From assembly GCA_963719495.1 (NCBI GenBank), contig CAVRCI010000009.1, forward strand, positions 1 through 64,000: a DNA stretch of 64,000 nt, written 5' to 3'. Positions 51,469 to 62,159 of this stretch are shown piece after piece. Made by a program: the position numbers and the translations under genes. Each line of letters starts with the position of its first letter. The first letter of the stretch is position 1. The DNA comes from an uncultured Verrucomicrobiae bacterium. GTDB taxonomy: Bacteria > Verrucomicrobiota > Verrucomicrobiia > Chthoniobacterales > JAATET01. The notes below the pieces were generated by a model. The model was not told where the DNA came from, did no database searches, and saw nothing but the letters and a program-made list of their open reading frames with translations.

Positions 51469-51993
51469 TTAGGCGGCGACGGCTCCTTCGGCGTCGGCCT
51501 TGGCTTGGAGAACGCGGGCCAGGCTGGCACCGGGTTCGTTGAGAGTGCGCACGAGTTGCGTCGCGGGCTGCAGGAGCAGGCCGAGGAGCTGGGCTTGGAG
51601 CGTCTCCTTCGAAGGGAGATCGGCCAACGCGACGAGTTGGTCTGGGGTGAGCGGAGCGTTGTCAAGGACGCCGGCCTTGAGGGTCGGCTTCTTGAATTCC
51701 TTCGCGAAAGTCTTGAGGACCTTCGCAGCAGCGCAAATGTCGACGTCGCCGGTGACGATCGCGTTCTGTCCGGTGAGGGACGTGGCGAGGTCGGGCATGC
51801 CGAGCTCGCGGGAGGCGATCTTGACGAAGCTGTTTTTGACGACGTTGATCTGGGCACCGCTGCCGTGGAGGCGGGTGCGGAGCTCCGCGAAATTCGGCAC
51901 CGTCATGCCGGTGTAATCGGCGACGATGAGGTAGGGCGAACCCTTGAAGCGGGCGCTGAGATCTTCGACGATCGTGGTTTTTTCCGGGCGCAT
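51469..51993 (-). CDS. rplJ: 50S ribosomal protein L10
   Basis: MRPEK, DYTGMTV, VVKN, LADLPSKE; ATG at 51993. Confidence 0.95.
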   Translation of the reverse strand: MRPEKTTIVEDLSARFKGSPYLIVADYTGMTVPNFAELRTRLHGSGAQINVVKNSFVKIASRELGMPDLATSLTGQNAIVTGDVDICAAAKVLKTFAKEFKKPTLKAGVLDNAPLTPDQLVALADLPSKETLQAQLLGLLLQPATQLVRTLNEPGASLARVLQAKADAEGAVAA

Positions 51994-52012
51994 GGTAAGT
52001 CGTGGTTCGAAG

Positions 52013-52714
<702 letters not shown>

Positions 52715-52777
52715 TTTTAGGAGCAGTGCGAACGTCCGGCGGGTGCCAGACTCCTGCGAGGTTGAGTGAAAAGTGAC

Positions 52778-53212
52778 TTAGACTTCGACGCCTTCGACTT
52801 CGATGCCCATCTGGCGGGCGGTGCCGCAGAGGGTGCGGAAAGCGGCTTCGTCGTCGGCGGTGTTCATGTCCTGCTTCTTGATTTTGACGACGTCCATGAC
52901 CTGCTGCTTGGTCAGCTTCGCGACCTTGAGTTTGTTCGGCTCCTTGGACCCGGCAGCGATGTTCGCGGCCTTCTTGAGGAGAATGCCGGCGGGCGGCTGC
53001 TTGGTGATGAAGGTGAAGCTCTTGTCCTTGAAGACGGTGATGACGACCGGAAGGATGTCGCCCGCCTGTTTCTGCGTGGCGGCGTTGAATTCCTTACAGA
53101 ACGCCATGATGTTGACGCCCTGCTGACCGAGGGCCGGGCCGACGGGAGGCGCGGGATTTGCGGATCCGGCGGGGATCTGAAGTTTGATGAATGCGACGAT
53201 TTCTTTGGCCAT
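52778..53212 (-). CDS. rplK: 50S ribosomal protein L11
   Basis: [29 protein letters not shown]. Confidence 0.98.
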   Translation of the reverse strand: MAKEIVAFIKLQIPAGSANPAPPVGPALGQQGVNIMAFCKEFNAATQKQAGDILPVVITVFKDKSFTFITKQPPAGILLKKAANIAAGSKEPNKLKVAKLTKQQVMDVVKIKKQDMNTADDEAAFRTLCGTARQMGIEVEGVEV

Positions 53213-53256
53213 GACTCGAAAAGGGTTCGCGCTGCGGGCAGCGGAAAAGGGTCGAG

Positions 53257-53285
53257 AAGGTCTAGAGGTTCCCCGTGACGGTCAA
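53257..53285 (-). promoter_or_regulatory. Possible sigma70 promoter of the rplK operon
   Basis: Minus-strand TTGACC at 53285-53280 followed by TAGACCTT; spacing and -10 match are weak. Confidence 0.3.
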
Positions 53286-53566
53286 GGCTTTTTGTAAAAA
53301 TCTTCGTGAATATGCGAACTTTTGCCCGAAGGCAGTCTCTGATCACGATGGCAATCGAGTTGATCGGTCGTTGCCCCAGAACAAGCAGCTCGACGACAGC
53401 TCACCGAAATGGTCAGCCGGACGCCGTCAAACACCAGACCGCCATGTCGCCGATAGCCGCCATTCCTTTTCTGATCGCGACTCGACGGTCCAAGCCTGAA
53501 GAGCACAGAACCGGTACAAACGAACCAAATGTGTCAATATGAAGACCCCCTTCCGACCCTTTTTCG

Positions 53567-54078
53567 ATCCCAACCTGCTGGCGTGTCTGATCCAGCACCG
53601 GCCCCTGCTCGATGTGAAGCTCCAGAAACGCGTGAATCGAACTCGGCTCGCGCCGCGCATCGAGCGAGTCCGTGGGCTCGGATCCCCGCTCGCGCATCGC
53701 GTTCGCCAACTTTACCCCGCCTAAATCCATCGCGCCAAGCAGCCGGTCCGGCGTCAGCCGCCCGGTGAACGCCTCACTCCCCAACATTCCGCCGAATCGC
53801 CCCTCCTCGTCGCTGAACGAAATCACCTCGATCTGATGCGCTAAACGCACGTCCGCCTCGATCATTACCCGCGCCACCTCCAACCCACAGAGCACGCCCA
53901 GCGTCCCGTGCCCCCCCGCACGGAACGGAATCGGTGTGCGATCCGATGATCACCGCCGGCTCCGTCTGGTGCGGCGGCCAGTGCCCGATCACGTTCGCCG
54001 CCCCGTCGATCCGCACCGCCATCCCCATCCCCCGCATCTGCTCCAGCAACCAATACCGCGCCGCGAAGTCGGACTCGG
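53567..54078 (-). pseudogene. Fragment of an M20-family Zn amidohydrolase (allantoate amidohydrolase/N-carbamoylase-like)
   Basis: GSHTDSVP.GG, frameshift near the G7 run (~53910), DEEGRF, FLELHIEQGPVL; N-terminus cut at the repeat array, C-terminal half missing. Confidence 0.85.
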
Positions 54079-54162
54079 GCGATGGGGTCAGCGATGGGGT
54101 CAGCGATGGGGTCAGGCGATGGGGTCAAGCGATGGGGTCAAGCGATGGGGTCAGGGTTCAAA
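54079..54162 (+). repeat. Left array: (GCGATGGGGTCA)x6 ending in GGGGTCAGGGTTCAAA
   Basis: Six units counted, separated by 0-1 nt. Confidence 0.92.
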
Positions 54163-55206
54163 ATTCAAATTTGATCTCATCCACTCTTCCCCGGTCTCCG
54201 GCAAAGGCTTTCTCGCAATCCCGGAGTTCCACTTGCGGAGCCCTTGGCTCACGTTGGCGGCGCTTTTCATCGAGAGATTCGTCGCCAGCCAGCCATTCGA
54301 GACCGTCGTGCGACGGCGGATCACCGCGGCGATAGCCAGCTTTCTCGAGTCGGACCCATTGAGCGCAAACAAGTCGTCCGGGTGAAGTTTGCACCGCTCC
54401 AATCCCTCCTGAAGCAATCGCTCCGCTTCTCCCAGATGGTGCGCTTTCTGCTCCGAAGCGAAATTGTATGCAGTCGAGCGAGGTTTGGCGATGGAGCCTT
54501 TTCCGAGCAATAGCAGATTTTCTGCGAACGCCTGCGTTCCCCAATACCAGCCGCGTTGCAAATTGCTCATTCGGGCATCGACCTCGGCATCGATTACCGG
54601 GATGCCGCATCGGGTCGCCTCCTCAGCAACCGCTCGACGGTCAAGACGTTCGACCATCCCCCGCCGACCTTCTACCGTGTCCGCATAACCGAAGAGGCTC
54701 AATGCCTCCGCGCACGCCATCCACCTTGGCCGCCGTTCGGGCAAGACCGCGTAGGCACTCGCGAGACTACTCCACGGGTAGTCACTCACACTTTCTTGAC
54801 ATTCGGGTGACACCAACCCTGCGCGGACCGGATTAAGGTGGATGTAATCGACCAGCGATTCGTAATAAAAACCAGTCCGCCCATCGATGATGATCGCCTT
54901 GTAACGGTCCCCAAAGAGCCGTCCCCATCCGCGATGCCGGACGTTGAATCGGCGCGTGTAGGTGTTCTGCAGCCACTTCATTCCGTCAACGAGGTTGGCC
55001 TCCGGCGTCTGCACAAACACGTGATAGTGATTGCTCATCAGCACCCACGCATGAATTCGCCAGCCCGTCATCCCACACACCTCGCCAAGGGTTCGTAAAA
55101 ATGTCTCCCGGTCTTCGTCATCCACAAAAATCCAATCCCGCCGATTCCCTCGCGCCATCACGTGGTAAAACGCGCCACAATACTCAATGCGAATGCTTCG
55201 TGCCAT
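54151..55206 (-). CDS. REP-associated (RAYT-like) Y1 HUH transposase with C-terminal helical extension
   Basis: YHVMARGNRR, VLMSNHYH (HUH), LFGDRYKA, YIHLNPVRAG, YPWSS; stop codon lies inside the left inverted repeat. Confidence 0.92.
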   Translation of the reverse strand: MARSIRIEYCGAFYHVMARGNRRDWIFVDDEDRETFLRTLGEVCGMTGWRIHAWVLMSNHYHVFVQTPEANLVDGMKWLQNTYTRRFNVRHRGWGRLFGDRYKAIIIDGRTGFYYESLVDYIHLNPVRAGLVSPECQESVSDYPWSSLASAYAVLPERRPRWMACAEALSLFGYADTVEGRRGMVERLDRRAVAEEATRCGIPVIDAEVDARMSNLQRGWYWGTQAFAENLLLLGKGSIAKPRSTAYNFASEQKAHHLGEAERLLQEGLERCKLHPDDLFALNGSDSRKLAIAAVIRRRTTVSNGWLATNLSMKSAANVSQGLRKWNSGIARKPLPETGEEWMRSNLNFEP

Positions 55207-55236
55207 AACCTCCATTCGCCCTCAACCTTCGCATCC

Positions 55237-55459
55237 TGTCAAGATTTGAACCCTGACCCCCTAATTGATTGTCATGACCCCCTGATGACCCCCTGATTGT
55301 CAAGATTTGAACCCTGACCCCCTAATGTGACCCTGATTGTCAAGATTTGAACCCTGACCCCCTAATGTGACCCCCTAATGAGATTTGAACCCTGACCCCC
55401 TAATCTGACCCCCTAATCTAATGACCCCTGACCCCCTAATGACCCCCCTGATCTGACCC
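55237..55459 (+). repeat. Right array: four AGATTTGAACCCTGACCCC copies plus many TGACCC(CC) units
   Basis: Copies at 55242, 55303, 55343 and 55381; exact 40-bp tandem duplication 55291-55370. Confidence 0.92.
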
Positions 55460-55869
55460 AGAGGGTAAGCCAGCTTCTTCATGTAAAAGGCCGGAATATC
55501 GTCACCCTCATCCGTCCGCAAGGCCGCCGCGATGCAACTCAGAGAATTCGGTATTCCCTTGCTCGCATTCGTCGTTCCGTCGACCGGATCCAGTGCGATC
55601 TCAAACCTTGGAGCCTCTTCCCGCCACGTCCCCACCTTTTCACCGACAAACAAACCCGGCGCCTCGTCCTTGATACCCTCGCCAATCACGATTTCGCCGC
55701 GCATGTCCATCAGGTCGAACATTCCGCGAATCGCGTCGCACGCGGCCAAATCCGCCGCTTCCTTCTCGCCCTTCCCGAGCCATGCCAGCGTGTTCAGAGC
55801 AGCGATCTCGGTCGCGCGGAGAAAATGCAGCTCGATCTGTCTCTCAGTGTCAGGAGCAGTTTGCGTCAT
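55460..55869 (-). pseudogene. glpX: Truncated class II fructose-1,6-bisphosphatase
   Basis: RATE.AA, GKGEKEAAD.AA, VIGEG.KDEAPGL, DPVDGT, YMKKL; frame then runs into the repeat array after ~136 aa. Confidence 0.88.
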
Positions 55870-55922
55870 CTTGGGTGCAGAGGGAATCCGATTGGGGTTT
55901 GATCATTCGCGCCGGAGCAATT

Positions 55923-57170
55923 TTACCGGGCACTGAGCACGCTGTGTTCATATTTCTTCACCTCGTCGAGCCAATCGATCCCCACCGGCACGTCCCTCCG
56001 CCGACAATGCTCGTCCCACACCGCCCCGAGCGGTAGCGTCTTGCATTCTTCGAGCACGCCCAACCGTGACGTGAAGTCACCTTCCAGCTCCAATTTGCGC
56101 AGCCGATCCGTTGGCTCGAGCAAAGCCGCGAGCAGGCACTTTAGAGTGTTTCGCGTGCCGATCACCCACGCCGCGATTCGATTGATGCTGGCGTCGAAAA
56201 AATCCAGACCAACGTGCGTCCGATCCAGAAACTCTCCCCGCACCAACTCTTCGGCGATCGCCCGCGTTGCGTCGTCCATCAACACCACGTGATCGCTGTC
56301 CCAACGGACCCCGCGACTGACGTGAAGCAGGAGTTCGGGAACAAACTGCAGCACCGAGGAAATCTTGTCGGCCAAACTCTCCGTCGGATGGAAATGCCCC
56401 GCATCGAGACAGAGAAGCTTCTGCCGCGTCACGGCATACCCCATGTAAAACTCGTGCGAGCCGACGACATACGACTCCGATCCGATTCCGAAGAGCTTGC
56501 ACTCCACCGCGTCCAGATTGTGCGCTGGATCGATCTCCTCGGCAAACACCTCATCAAGCGCCTGCTCCAGCCGCGCCCTTGGAGCCTTCCGGTCAATTGG
56601 CAGATCTTTGTAGCCATCTGGTATCCACACGTTCGTCACCGCCGGCGACCCCAACTGCCGCCCGATCTCCGCCGCAATCCGGCGACACACGATCCCGTGC
56701 TCGATCCAGAATTTCCGCACTCCGTCGTCAGCACTGCTCAGCGTAAACCCATCAGCCGCAAACGGATGCGAGAAATAGCTCGGATTGAAATCCATCCCCA
56801 TCTCCCGCTCTTTCAACCAATCAATCCAGCTCTGGAATTGCTCCACCGTGTATTCGTTGCGCTCGATCTTCTTTCCATCCAAGTCCGCGTAGCTCGCATG
56901 CAGATTCAGCCGGTGCTTCCCGGGGATCAACGCCAGAGCCTGATCGAGGTCCGCCCGCAGTTCCGCCAAATTCCGCGCCTTCCCGGGGTAATTTCCCGTC
57001 ACCTGAATGCCGCCGGAAAGTTCGCCATCCGGTCGTTCCGCCCCCGCCACGTCATCCCCCTGCCAGCAATGCAGCGAAATTGGGATGGATGCCAGCCGCT
57101 TGAGGGCTCGCTCGGTGTCGACGCCGAGCGTGGCGTATTGTTCTTTTGCGATCTGGTAGGGAGAAGTCAT
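55923..57170 (-). CDS. rhaA: L-rhamnose isomerase
   Basis: [51 protein letters not shown]. Confidence 0.96.
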   Translation of the reverse strand: MTSPYQIAKEQYATLGVDTERALKRLASIPISLHCWQGDDVAGAERPDGELSGGIQVTGNYPGKARNLAELRADLDQALALIPGKHRLNLHASYADLDGKKIERNEYTVEQFQSWIDWLKEREMGMDFNPSYFSHPFAADGFTLSSADDGVRKFWIEHGIVCRRIAAEIGRQLGSPAVTNVWIPDGYKDLPIDRKAPRARLEQALDEVFAEEIDPAHNLDAVECKLFGIGSESYVVGSHEFYMGYAVTRQKLLCLDAGHFHPTESLADKISSVLQFVPELLLHVSRGVRWDSDHVVLMDDATRAIAEELVRGEFLDRTHVGLDFFDASINRIAAWVIGTRNTLKCLLAALLEPTDRLRKLELEGDFTSRLGVLEECKTLPLGAVWDEHCRRRDVPVGIDWLDEVKKYEHSVLSAR

Positions 57171-57303
57171 GAGATAAGGATCTGGAGGTTTCGGTTCACT
57201 GTGACGTCAACGCCACGATTCTCCTCGCAGCCTAGCGGTCTCCGCGCCGTTGGGAATTGGACAAACGCCCTTTTCCATATAAAAATCGCCCAAGCTTTCG
57301 GTC

Positions 57304-58185
57304 GTGCGCAATTCCTCCATTTACCTCCCCCTCGTTCCCGAACGACTGGTGTGGGGACTCGCCGTAATGTCGACCGGCTACACCCGCACTCCGCCGCACT
57401 CCCCTTACCCCTCCCCCACCCTGCGCCACCCCGACGACCACATGTTCACCTGGGAGCGAGGCCGCACCCTTGACGCCTTTCAGTGCCTCACCATCCACCG
57501 CGGGGCGGGCTGGTTCGAATCCCGCGAGACCGGCCGTCTTCGAGTCACCGAGGGCTCCGCCATTCTGCTGTTTCCCGCAGTTTGGCACCGCTACAAACCC
57601 GACCGCGAAACCGGATGGACCGAGACCTGGATCGAATTCGCCGGCCCCGTCCCCAACGAACTTCGTCGCACCGACACACTCGATCCCAGCCACGCGATTT
57701 ACCCGAGAGCACTTAGCCCGGAACTCCTCTACCTCACCCGCAGCGCCATCGAATTCTCGCAGAATCAACCGCCTGGATTCGCCGGCCAGCTCGCCGCGAC
57801 CACCCTCCAAATTCTCGCCGCGCTCGTCGCCTCGCGAGAGCGGATCCGGCAGCCTCCCAGCCACGTTCAAAAGATCGTTCAGCGGGCAAAGACTCTCCTC
57901 CTCGAACGCTTCGACGAAGCCCACCGCATCCGCGATGTCGCCCGCGAACTTGGCATCGCGGAATCCCACTTCCGCCGCATCTTCAAGAAATCCACCGGCC
58001 TCTCGCCCAAGGAATACGTCCTCGATCTCCGACTCCGCGAAGTCCGAATCCTCCTTCAAGGGTCCGCCCTGACCATCGGAGAAATCGCCGACCGCACGGG
58101 CTACAACTCCGCCTACCACCTCTCGGCGGAATTCAAAAAACGCACCGGGATCTCGCCTTCGGCGTGGCGACAGAATCGGCGGTAA
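57304..58185 (+). CDS. AraC-family transcriptional regulator, divergent from rhaA
   Basis: Cupin-like N-terminus (FP.VWHRY.P) and double HTH (FKKSTGLSP, FKKRTGISP). Confidence 0.9.
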   Translation: MRNSSIYLPLVPERLVWGLAVMSTGYTRTPPHSPYPSPTLRHPDDHMFTWERGRTLDAFQCLTIHRGAGWFESRETGRLRVTEGSAILLFPAVWHRYKPDRETGWTETWIEFAGPVPNELRRTDTLDPSHAIYPRALSPELLYLTRSAIEFSQNQPPGFAGQLAATTLQILAALVASRERIRQPPSHVQKIVQRAKTLLLERFDEAHRIRDVARELGIAESHFRRIFKKSTGLSPKEYVLDLRLREVRILLQGSALTIGEIADRTGYNSAYHLSAEFKKRTGISPSAWRQNRR

Positions 58186-58557
58186 TCTCGTCCCGGGCAT
58201 CTCTCAGCCTTTCATTCGATCGTTTTGCAAATAGGCCGAATAAACAACGCACACCATCCGTGTGTCGTTCCGATTCGACCCGAGATCTTCACGCGAAAGT
58301 TACTTTTCGCGCACAATTCTTACGTCTTTGTTGATTTCAATGAATTTTTGTCGGCTTGAGAGTATCATATCCCGATATGAATCGTTTCCGTCACGAAACT
58401 CAACCCACGCCAAGTTCATGAACTCAGCCTCTTCTCAATACGATCAACAACAGATCGCAAGCTCCCATCCGATGGTCACCATCGCTATCTTCAGCGCGGT
58501 TCTGGCCGTCCTCATTGGTGCGAGGGGAATTGGGGATTGAGGGATTGGGGTCAGTGG

Positions 58558-58709
58558 GGGATTGGGGTCAGGGATTGGGGTCAGTGTGCAAAAAGCAAAT
58601 CGCTTCCGCAGTTGAGTCAGTCACGACCGCGGATCGAGGTTCGAGTCATCGGCGCTAACTTTTCACTTTTCTTTTTTGCACACTGACCCCAATCCCTGAC
58701 CCCAATCCC
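58558..58709. mobile_element. MITE-like element with perfect 37-bp inverted arms built from GGGATTGGGGTCA units
   Basis: 58558-58594 is the exact reverse complement of 58673-58709; extra units at 58530-58557. Confidence 0.82.
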
Positions 58710-58781
58710 ACCAGAATGAGAACTGCTGCCGAAAAACCCGGCGGGTTGCGCTTTGCGGCCGATGTGTATAAAACTTAACAG

Positions 58782-59339
58782 ATGTCCTTCCTACGCAACC
58801 TATCGATCGGCCTCATCCTCTCCATCACCGCCAGCGGCCCCGCCGCGGCCCAGCTCATCTTCACCGTCGACACCGCTGCGAAGAAATTTTATTTCTCGGG
58901 ATCTGACACGGGGAATCCGGGCTTCGACGGCGTCGGGGGACGCCTGACCTGGGAATCGTCTCCGAGCTCGGGATCGCAAACTTCATTTGCAATCCAAAGT
59001 GCCCTCACGTCCTCCGGGGCGGTGGGTTTGGCTGACCTGAAGATCTCAGACAACGGCCAAGTGCTCATCGACCTCGACCTCAACTCGACCGCCACGCTGA
59101 CCATCACTCCAACGCCGTCCGTCCGCTTCGACTACACAAGCCTTCCAGCCAATCAATTGAACCTACTCGAGAGTTTCGCCATCACCGGGACTCCGATCAA
59201 TCTCACGCTCGGCACCGGCTTTTCCGACTTTCAAGTCGCCGCCGTGCCCGAGCCCCGATTCGTCGGTGTGCTCGCAATTGTCGGCATCCTCAGTTTGGTG
59301 CTTGTCCGGCGACGTCCCCGATCATTCGCGGTTCGGTGA
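58782..59339 (+). CDS. PEP-CTERM sorting-domain protein
   Basis: Signal peptide, Ser/Thr-rich body, VPEP + TM + RRR. Confidence 0.88.
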   Translation: MSFLRNLSIGLILSITASGPAAAQLIFTVDTAAKKFYFSGSDTGNPGFDGVGGRLTWESSPSSGSQTSFAIQSALTSSGAVGLADLKISDNGQVLIDLDLNSTATLTITPTPSVRFDYTSLPANQLNLLESFAITGTPINLTLGTGFSDFQVAAVPEPRFVGVLAIVGILSLVLVRRRPRSFAVR

Positions 59340-59406
59340 CTTGAAAGAGCGTCGTCGTACTCGCTCCGCTTCAACCGTGCTTGGGGTTCTCGGCCCCCAC
59401 GTCAGC

Positions 59407-59832
59407 TCAATCGTCAGCAGGCGCGACCGCGGCGCTCCCGTTAAATCGGTAGAGAATGAGCGGAGTCCTGTCGGACGTTCGGACCAAACGTTCGACGAAT
59501 CTGACCTCCTTACGGTCGCCCAGATCGAGGACCCTGATCTTCATCTTGAGATCCACACCACTGAGCGGGATGGTCTTCTCGACGGTGATCGGACCCCGCC
59601 GCGCCCGGTATTTGGCGCTCAACGAGGATTCGTTGCCCAATAACGCGAGCAGACCGTCGATTTTGACGCGCCCGTTCTTGCGAAAATCCAGAGTCGGACG
59701 GGACCGATTGGTCTCTCCCCCAACGTCAAGTTCCCGGATCAACCGCATCCTCGATTCCCGACCGTCCCGCTTCGACCGAATGCACATCCGTCCGCTTCCC
59801 GGGTGAAAGACACTTAAGATCTTCGCGGTCAC
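59407..59832 (-). CDS. Hypothetical protein or remnant
   Basis: ORF fills the gap; no recognisable motif. Confidence 0.3.
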   Translation of the reverse strand: MTAKILSVFHPGSGRMCIRSKRDGRESRMRLIRELDVGGETNRSRPTLDFRKNGRVKIDGLLALLGNESSLSAKYRARRGPITVEKTIPLSGVDLKMKIRVLDLGDRKEVRFVERLVRTSDRTPLILYRFNGSAAVAPADD

Positions 59833-60046
59833 ATCGCCGTCGTGAATTCCATCCAGCGAATTTCAATCGGTGTCATTTTGATTCCGCCGGTCGGGCATCG
59901 CAGCCAGCGTAAGCGCGAGGATTCCCATCAGGAGGAACTTTCCGTTCGCCATTACATCATTGGAACACGCTTTAATCGGTGCGCACAGAATCCCGGAAAA
60001 TATCGAGCTAGCGAGTGACCCGGCTTAAGCGCGGAGACCTGACGGC

Positions 60047-61072
60047 TTATTCGGTCACGGCGTTCGCTTCCGGGCTGAGCGAATCCGCTGCTTGAGTCGG
60101 TTCCGCCGGAGCCTCCCCGCTCACCCAACGATCGATCAGGGGCAGCGAGAACGCGAGCATGCAGCTCACCGCCAAGCCGATGATCGCCTTGATCGCGTCT
60201 CGGCCACAGGAGGCGTAGGCTTTCTTCATCTTCCGGTGCTTCAACCCATACGTCAGCGCAAACTCCCGTCCCGCCAGCAGCCCGAGGAACACCCACGTCG
60301 TGCTCATCGGAATCGCGCTCATTTCCTTGAAGACAAACAGAATGATGCCGTATTGAAAATCGATGATCGTCGCCGACCGGATGTCCCCGACGTTCGTCTT
60401 CGAGCTCACGATCTTTTGAATGGCCCCGCCTCGCTTGTAGAAGATCCAAGCGTGCAGGACATACATTACCAGCAGGGAGGCAATGAACTCGGCGACCCCT
60501 AACCGCCGCGGCAGAAACACGAAGATGTTCGCCAGGTCCTGGATCAACCACTGACTCCACAGAAAACCGGTGGCGCACCATTGCAGGACGGTCCAGTAGC
60601 CGGCAGCCGGTTGATCCGCGGTCTGCAGAAACCGCCGCTCCAGCCTCACGATCACAAACCGGGCGATCAGAAACGCAGCTAAAAACGCCACCCCGTAACC
60701 CGAGATGCTCTTCATGAGCATTGCCTCGAGGTTGGCGGGCGCAAACACCGTCAGCACCAAAAACGTCGTGCTCACCGGCACTCCGAATCGGGTGAGGATT
60801 AAGATGAACAACGGCGGGATGACCTGCACCCACGTGATCCCACCCTCCGGGAGCGGAAATTTCGCCAGACGCCCGAACGACACGTCTCCGTCCCCCGTGA
60901 CCCACCCGTAGATAAAGACCGCCGTGAGAATCCCGCACGCAAAGAGCCAAAGCACCCACCACGGGCGCTTCGCGTTCGACGAGAGGAAAGTGCCGAGCGT
61001 TTGGATCGCGTCGTTCGCAACGATCGAGTAGGCCGCCAGCAGGAAGCCGATGATCATGAAACTCTCGGTCAT
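60047..61072 (-). CDS. Multi-pass membrane protein, PiT (phosphate/sulfate permease)-like
   Basis: Internally duplicated motifs ANDAIQ/QDLANI and GVPVSTT/IPMSTT; start at 61072 or 61132. Confidence 0.65.
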   Translation of the reverse strand: MTESFMIIGFLLAAYSIVANDAIQTLGTFLSSNAKRPWWVLWLFACGILTAVFIYGWVTGDGDVSFGRLAKFPLPEGGITWVQVIPPLFILILTRFGVPVSTTFLVLTVFAPANLEAMLMKSISGYGVAFLAAFLIARFVIVRLERRFLQTADQPAAGYWTVLQWCATGFLWSQWLIQDLANIFVFLPRRLGVAEFIASLLVMYVLHAWIFYKRGGAIQKIVSSKTNVGDIRSATIIDFQYGIILFVFKEMSAIPMSTTWVFLGLLAGREFALTYGLKHRKMKKAYASCGRDAIKAIIGLAVSCMLAFSLPLIDRWVSGEAPAEPTQAADSLSPEANAVTE

Positions 61073-61206
61073 GGAAAATCGGGGAGATTCCCCGGGGGCG
61101 CGAGGCGTGACAGGCCCGTCCAAGGAGGTCAAATCGCGAAGCGGATTGTGACGAAATCGTCACCTTTCGACGGCGAGACCGCCGCCGGACACCACGGGCC
61201 CGGCGA

Positions 61207-61977
61207 TCACAAAATCGTGCCCTTCAGAATCGCGATCGCGATCGAGAAGTAGATGATCAAGCCGCCCACGTCGGCCAGCGTTGCGACGAACGGAGCCGAC
61301 GACGTCGCCGGGTCCGTCCGGCAGGCGCGCAGCAGGAGCGGCAGGATACTTCCCAGTAGCGATCCGCACAGCACGACCGCGACCGTGCTCAGGCCAATCG
61401 TCCAGGCGATGCCCCACCAGTAGTCGCCGTAACCCCGATTGATCACCGCGATTCGCGCGAAGGCGACGCAGCCCAGCACCAGACCGAGGATGGCCCCGAC
61501 GACCAACTCCCGCCCCACGACCCGCCACCAATCCAAGAGCCGCACCTCGCCCATCGCCATCGCCCGGATGAGCAACGTCGACGCCTGGGACCCGGCGTTT
61601 CCTCCGCTCGAAATGATCATGGGAATGAAAAGCGCCAGCACCAGCGCCCGCTCGAGCTGTTCGTCGAAGTAATCCAGCACGGTGGCCGTGAACATTTGAC
61701 CAATCATCAGAACGACGAGCCACCCCAGCCGCCGCCCCACCACCTGCCGATACGGCATCACGAGGAAGGCCTCCCGAGGATTTCCCGCCGGGCATTCGCA
61801 CTCGGCGAGCGCGCGCAGCACCCGCGACCGGGCCGGCTCGTCGATCTCCAGAACGTTCGCGGCAGCGTCGATCGCGGAGACTTCCGCCAACTGCGTGGCG
61901 GCACCCTCCCAATCCTCATTTTTGACGGCCGCTCGGAACGCTTTCGCGTCACGGGCCTTGATTGTTTCCGCTTTCAT
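61207..61977 (-). CDS. mgtE: MgtE-family Mg2+ transporter lacking the CBS pair (in-frame shortened)
   Basis: RLGWL, SSGGNAGSQA, DPATSSAPFVATLADVGG; only ~70 aa precede the TM domain. Confidence 0.75.
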   Translation of the reverse strand: MKAETIKARDAKAFRAAVKNEDWEGAATQLAEVSAIDAAANVLEIDEPARSRVLRALAECECPAGNPREAFLVMPYRQVVGRRLGWLVVLMIGQMFTATVLDYFDEQLERALVLALFIPMIISSGGNAGSQASTLLIRAMAMGEVRLLDWWRVVGRELVVGAILGLVLGCVAFARIAVINRGYGDYWWGIAWTIGLSTVAVVLCGSLLGSILPLLLRACRTDPATSSAPFVATLADVGGLIIYFSIAIAILKGTIL

Positions 61978-62159
61978 TGCCTCGAGACAGGATTCCGATC
62001 TTCTCACCTGCACGCCGCGACCCGGATCGGCAAGCATTCTCGGTCTCGCCGGGTAGGATCCGACTTCAGCCAACCCGGCCAAAGGCGAAGGGGTCGGTCT
62101 GTGCATTGCGAAGGGGTCGCGAAGGTCGGTCCGTGCATTGGTTCAGCGATCAGACGATC

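Larger units (their letters stand above)
54079..55459 (-). mobile_element. HUH/Y1 transposase element with 16-bp inverted ends and tandem GGGGTCA arrays
   Basis: GGGGTCAGGGTTCAAA (54147-54162) is the exact reverse complement of TTTGAACCCTGACCCC (55245-55260). Confidence 0.85.

Noticed and set aside
54079..55459. Tandem arrays as a CRISPR locus
   Set aside because: Units are contiguous with no unique spacers, and no cas genes are present
58262..58540. 92 aa ORF in lower-GC DNA
   Set aside because: No motif, atypical codon use, and it ends within the MITE repeats
58600..58660. tRNA suggested by GGTTCGAGTC
   Set aside because: T-stem is mismatched and no acceptor, D or anticodon arms can be built
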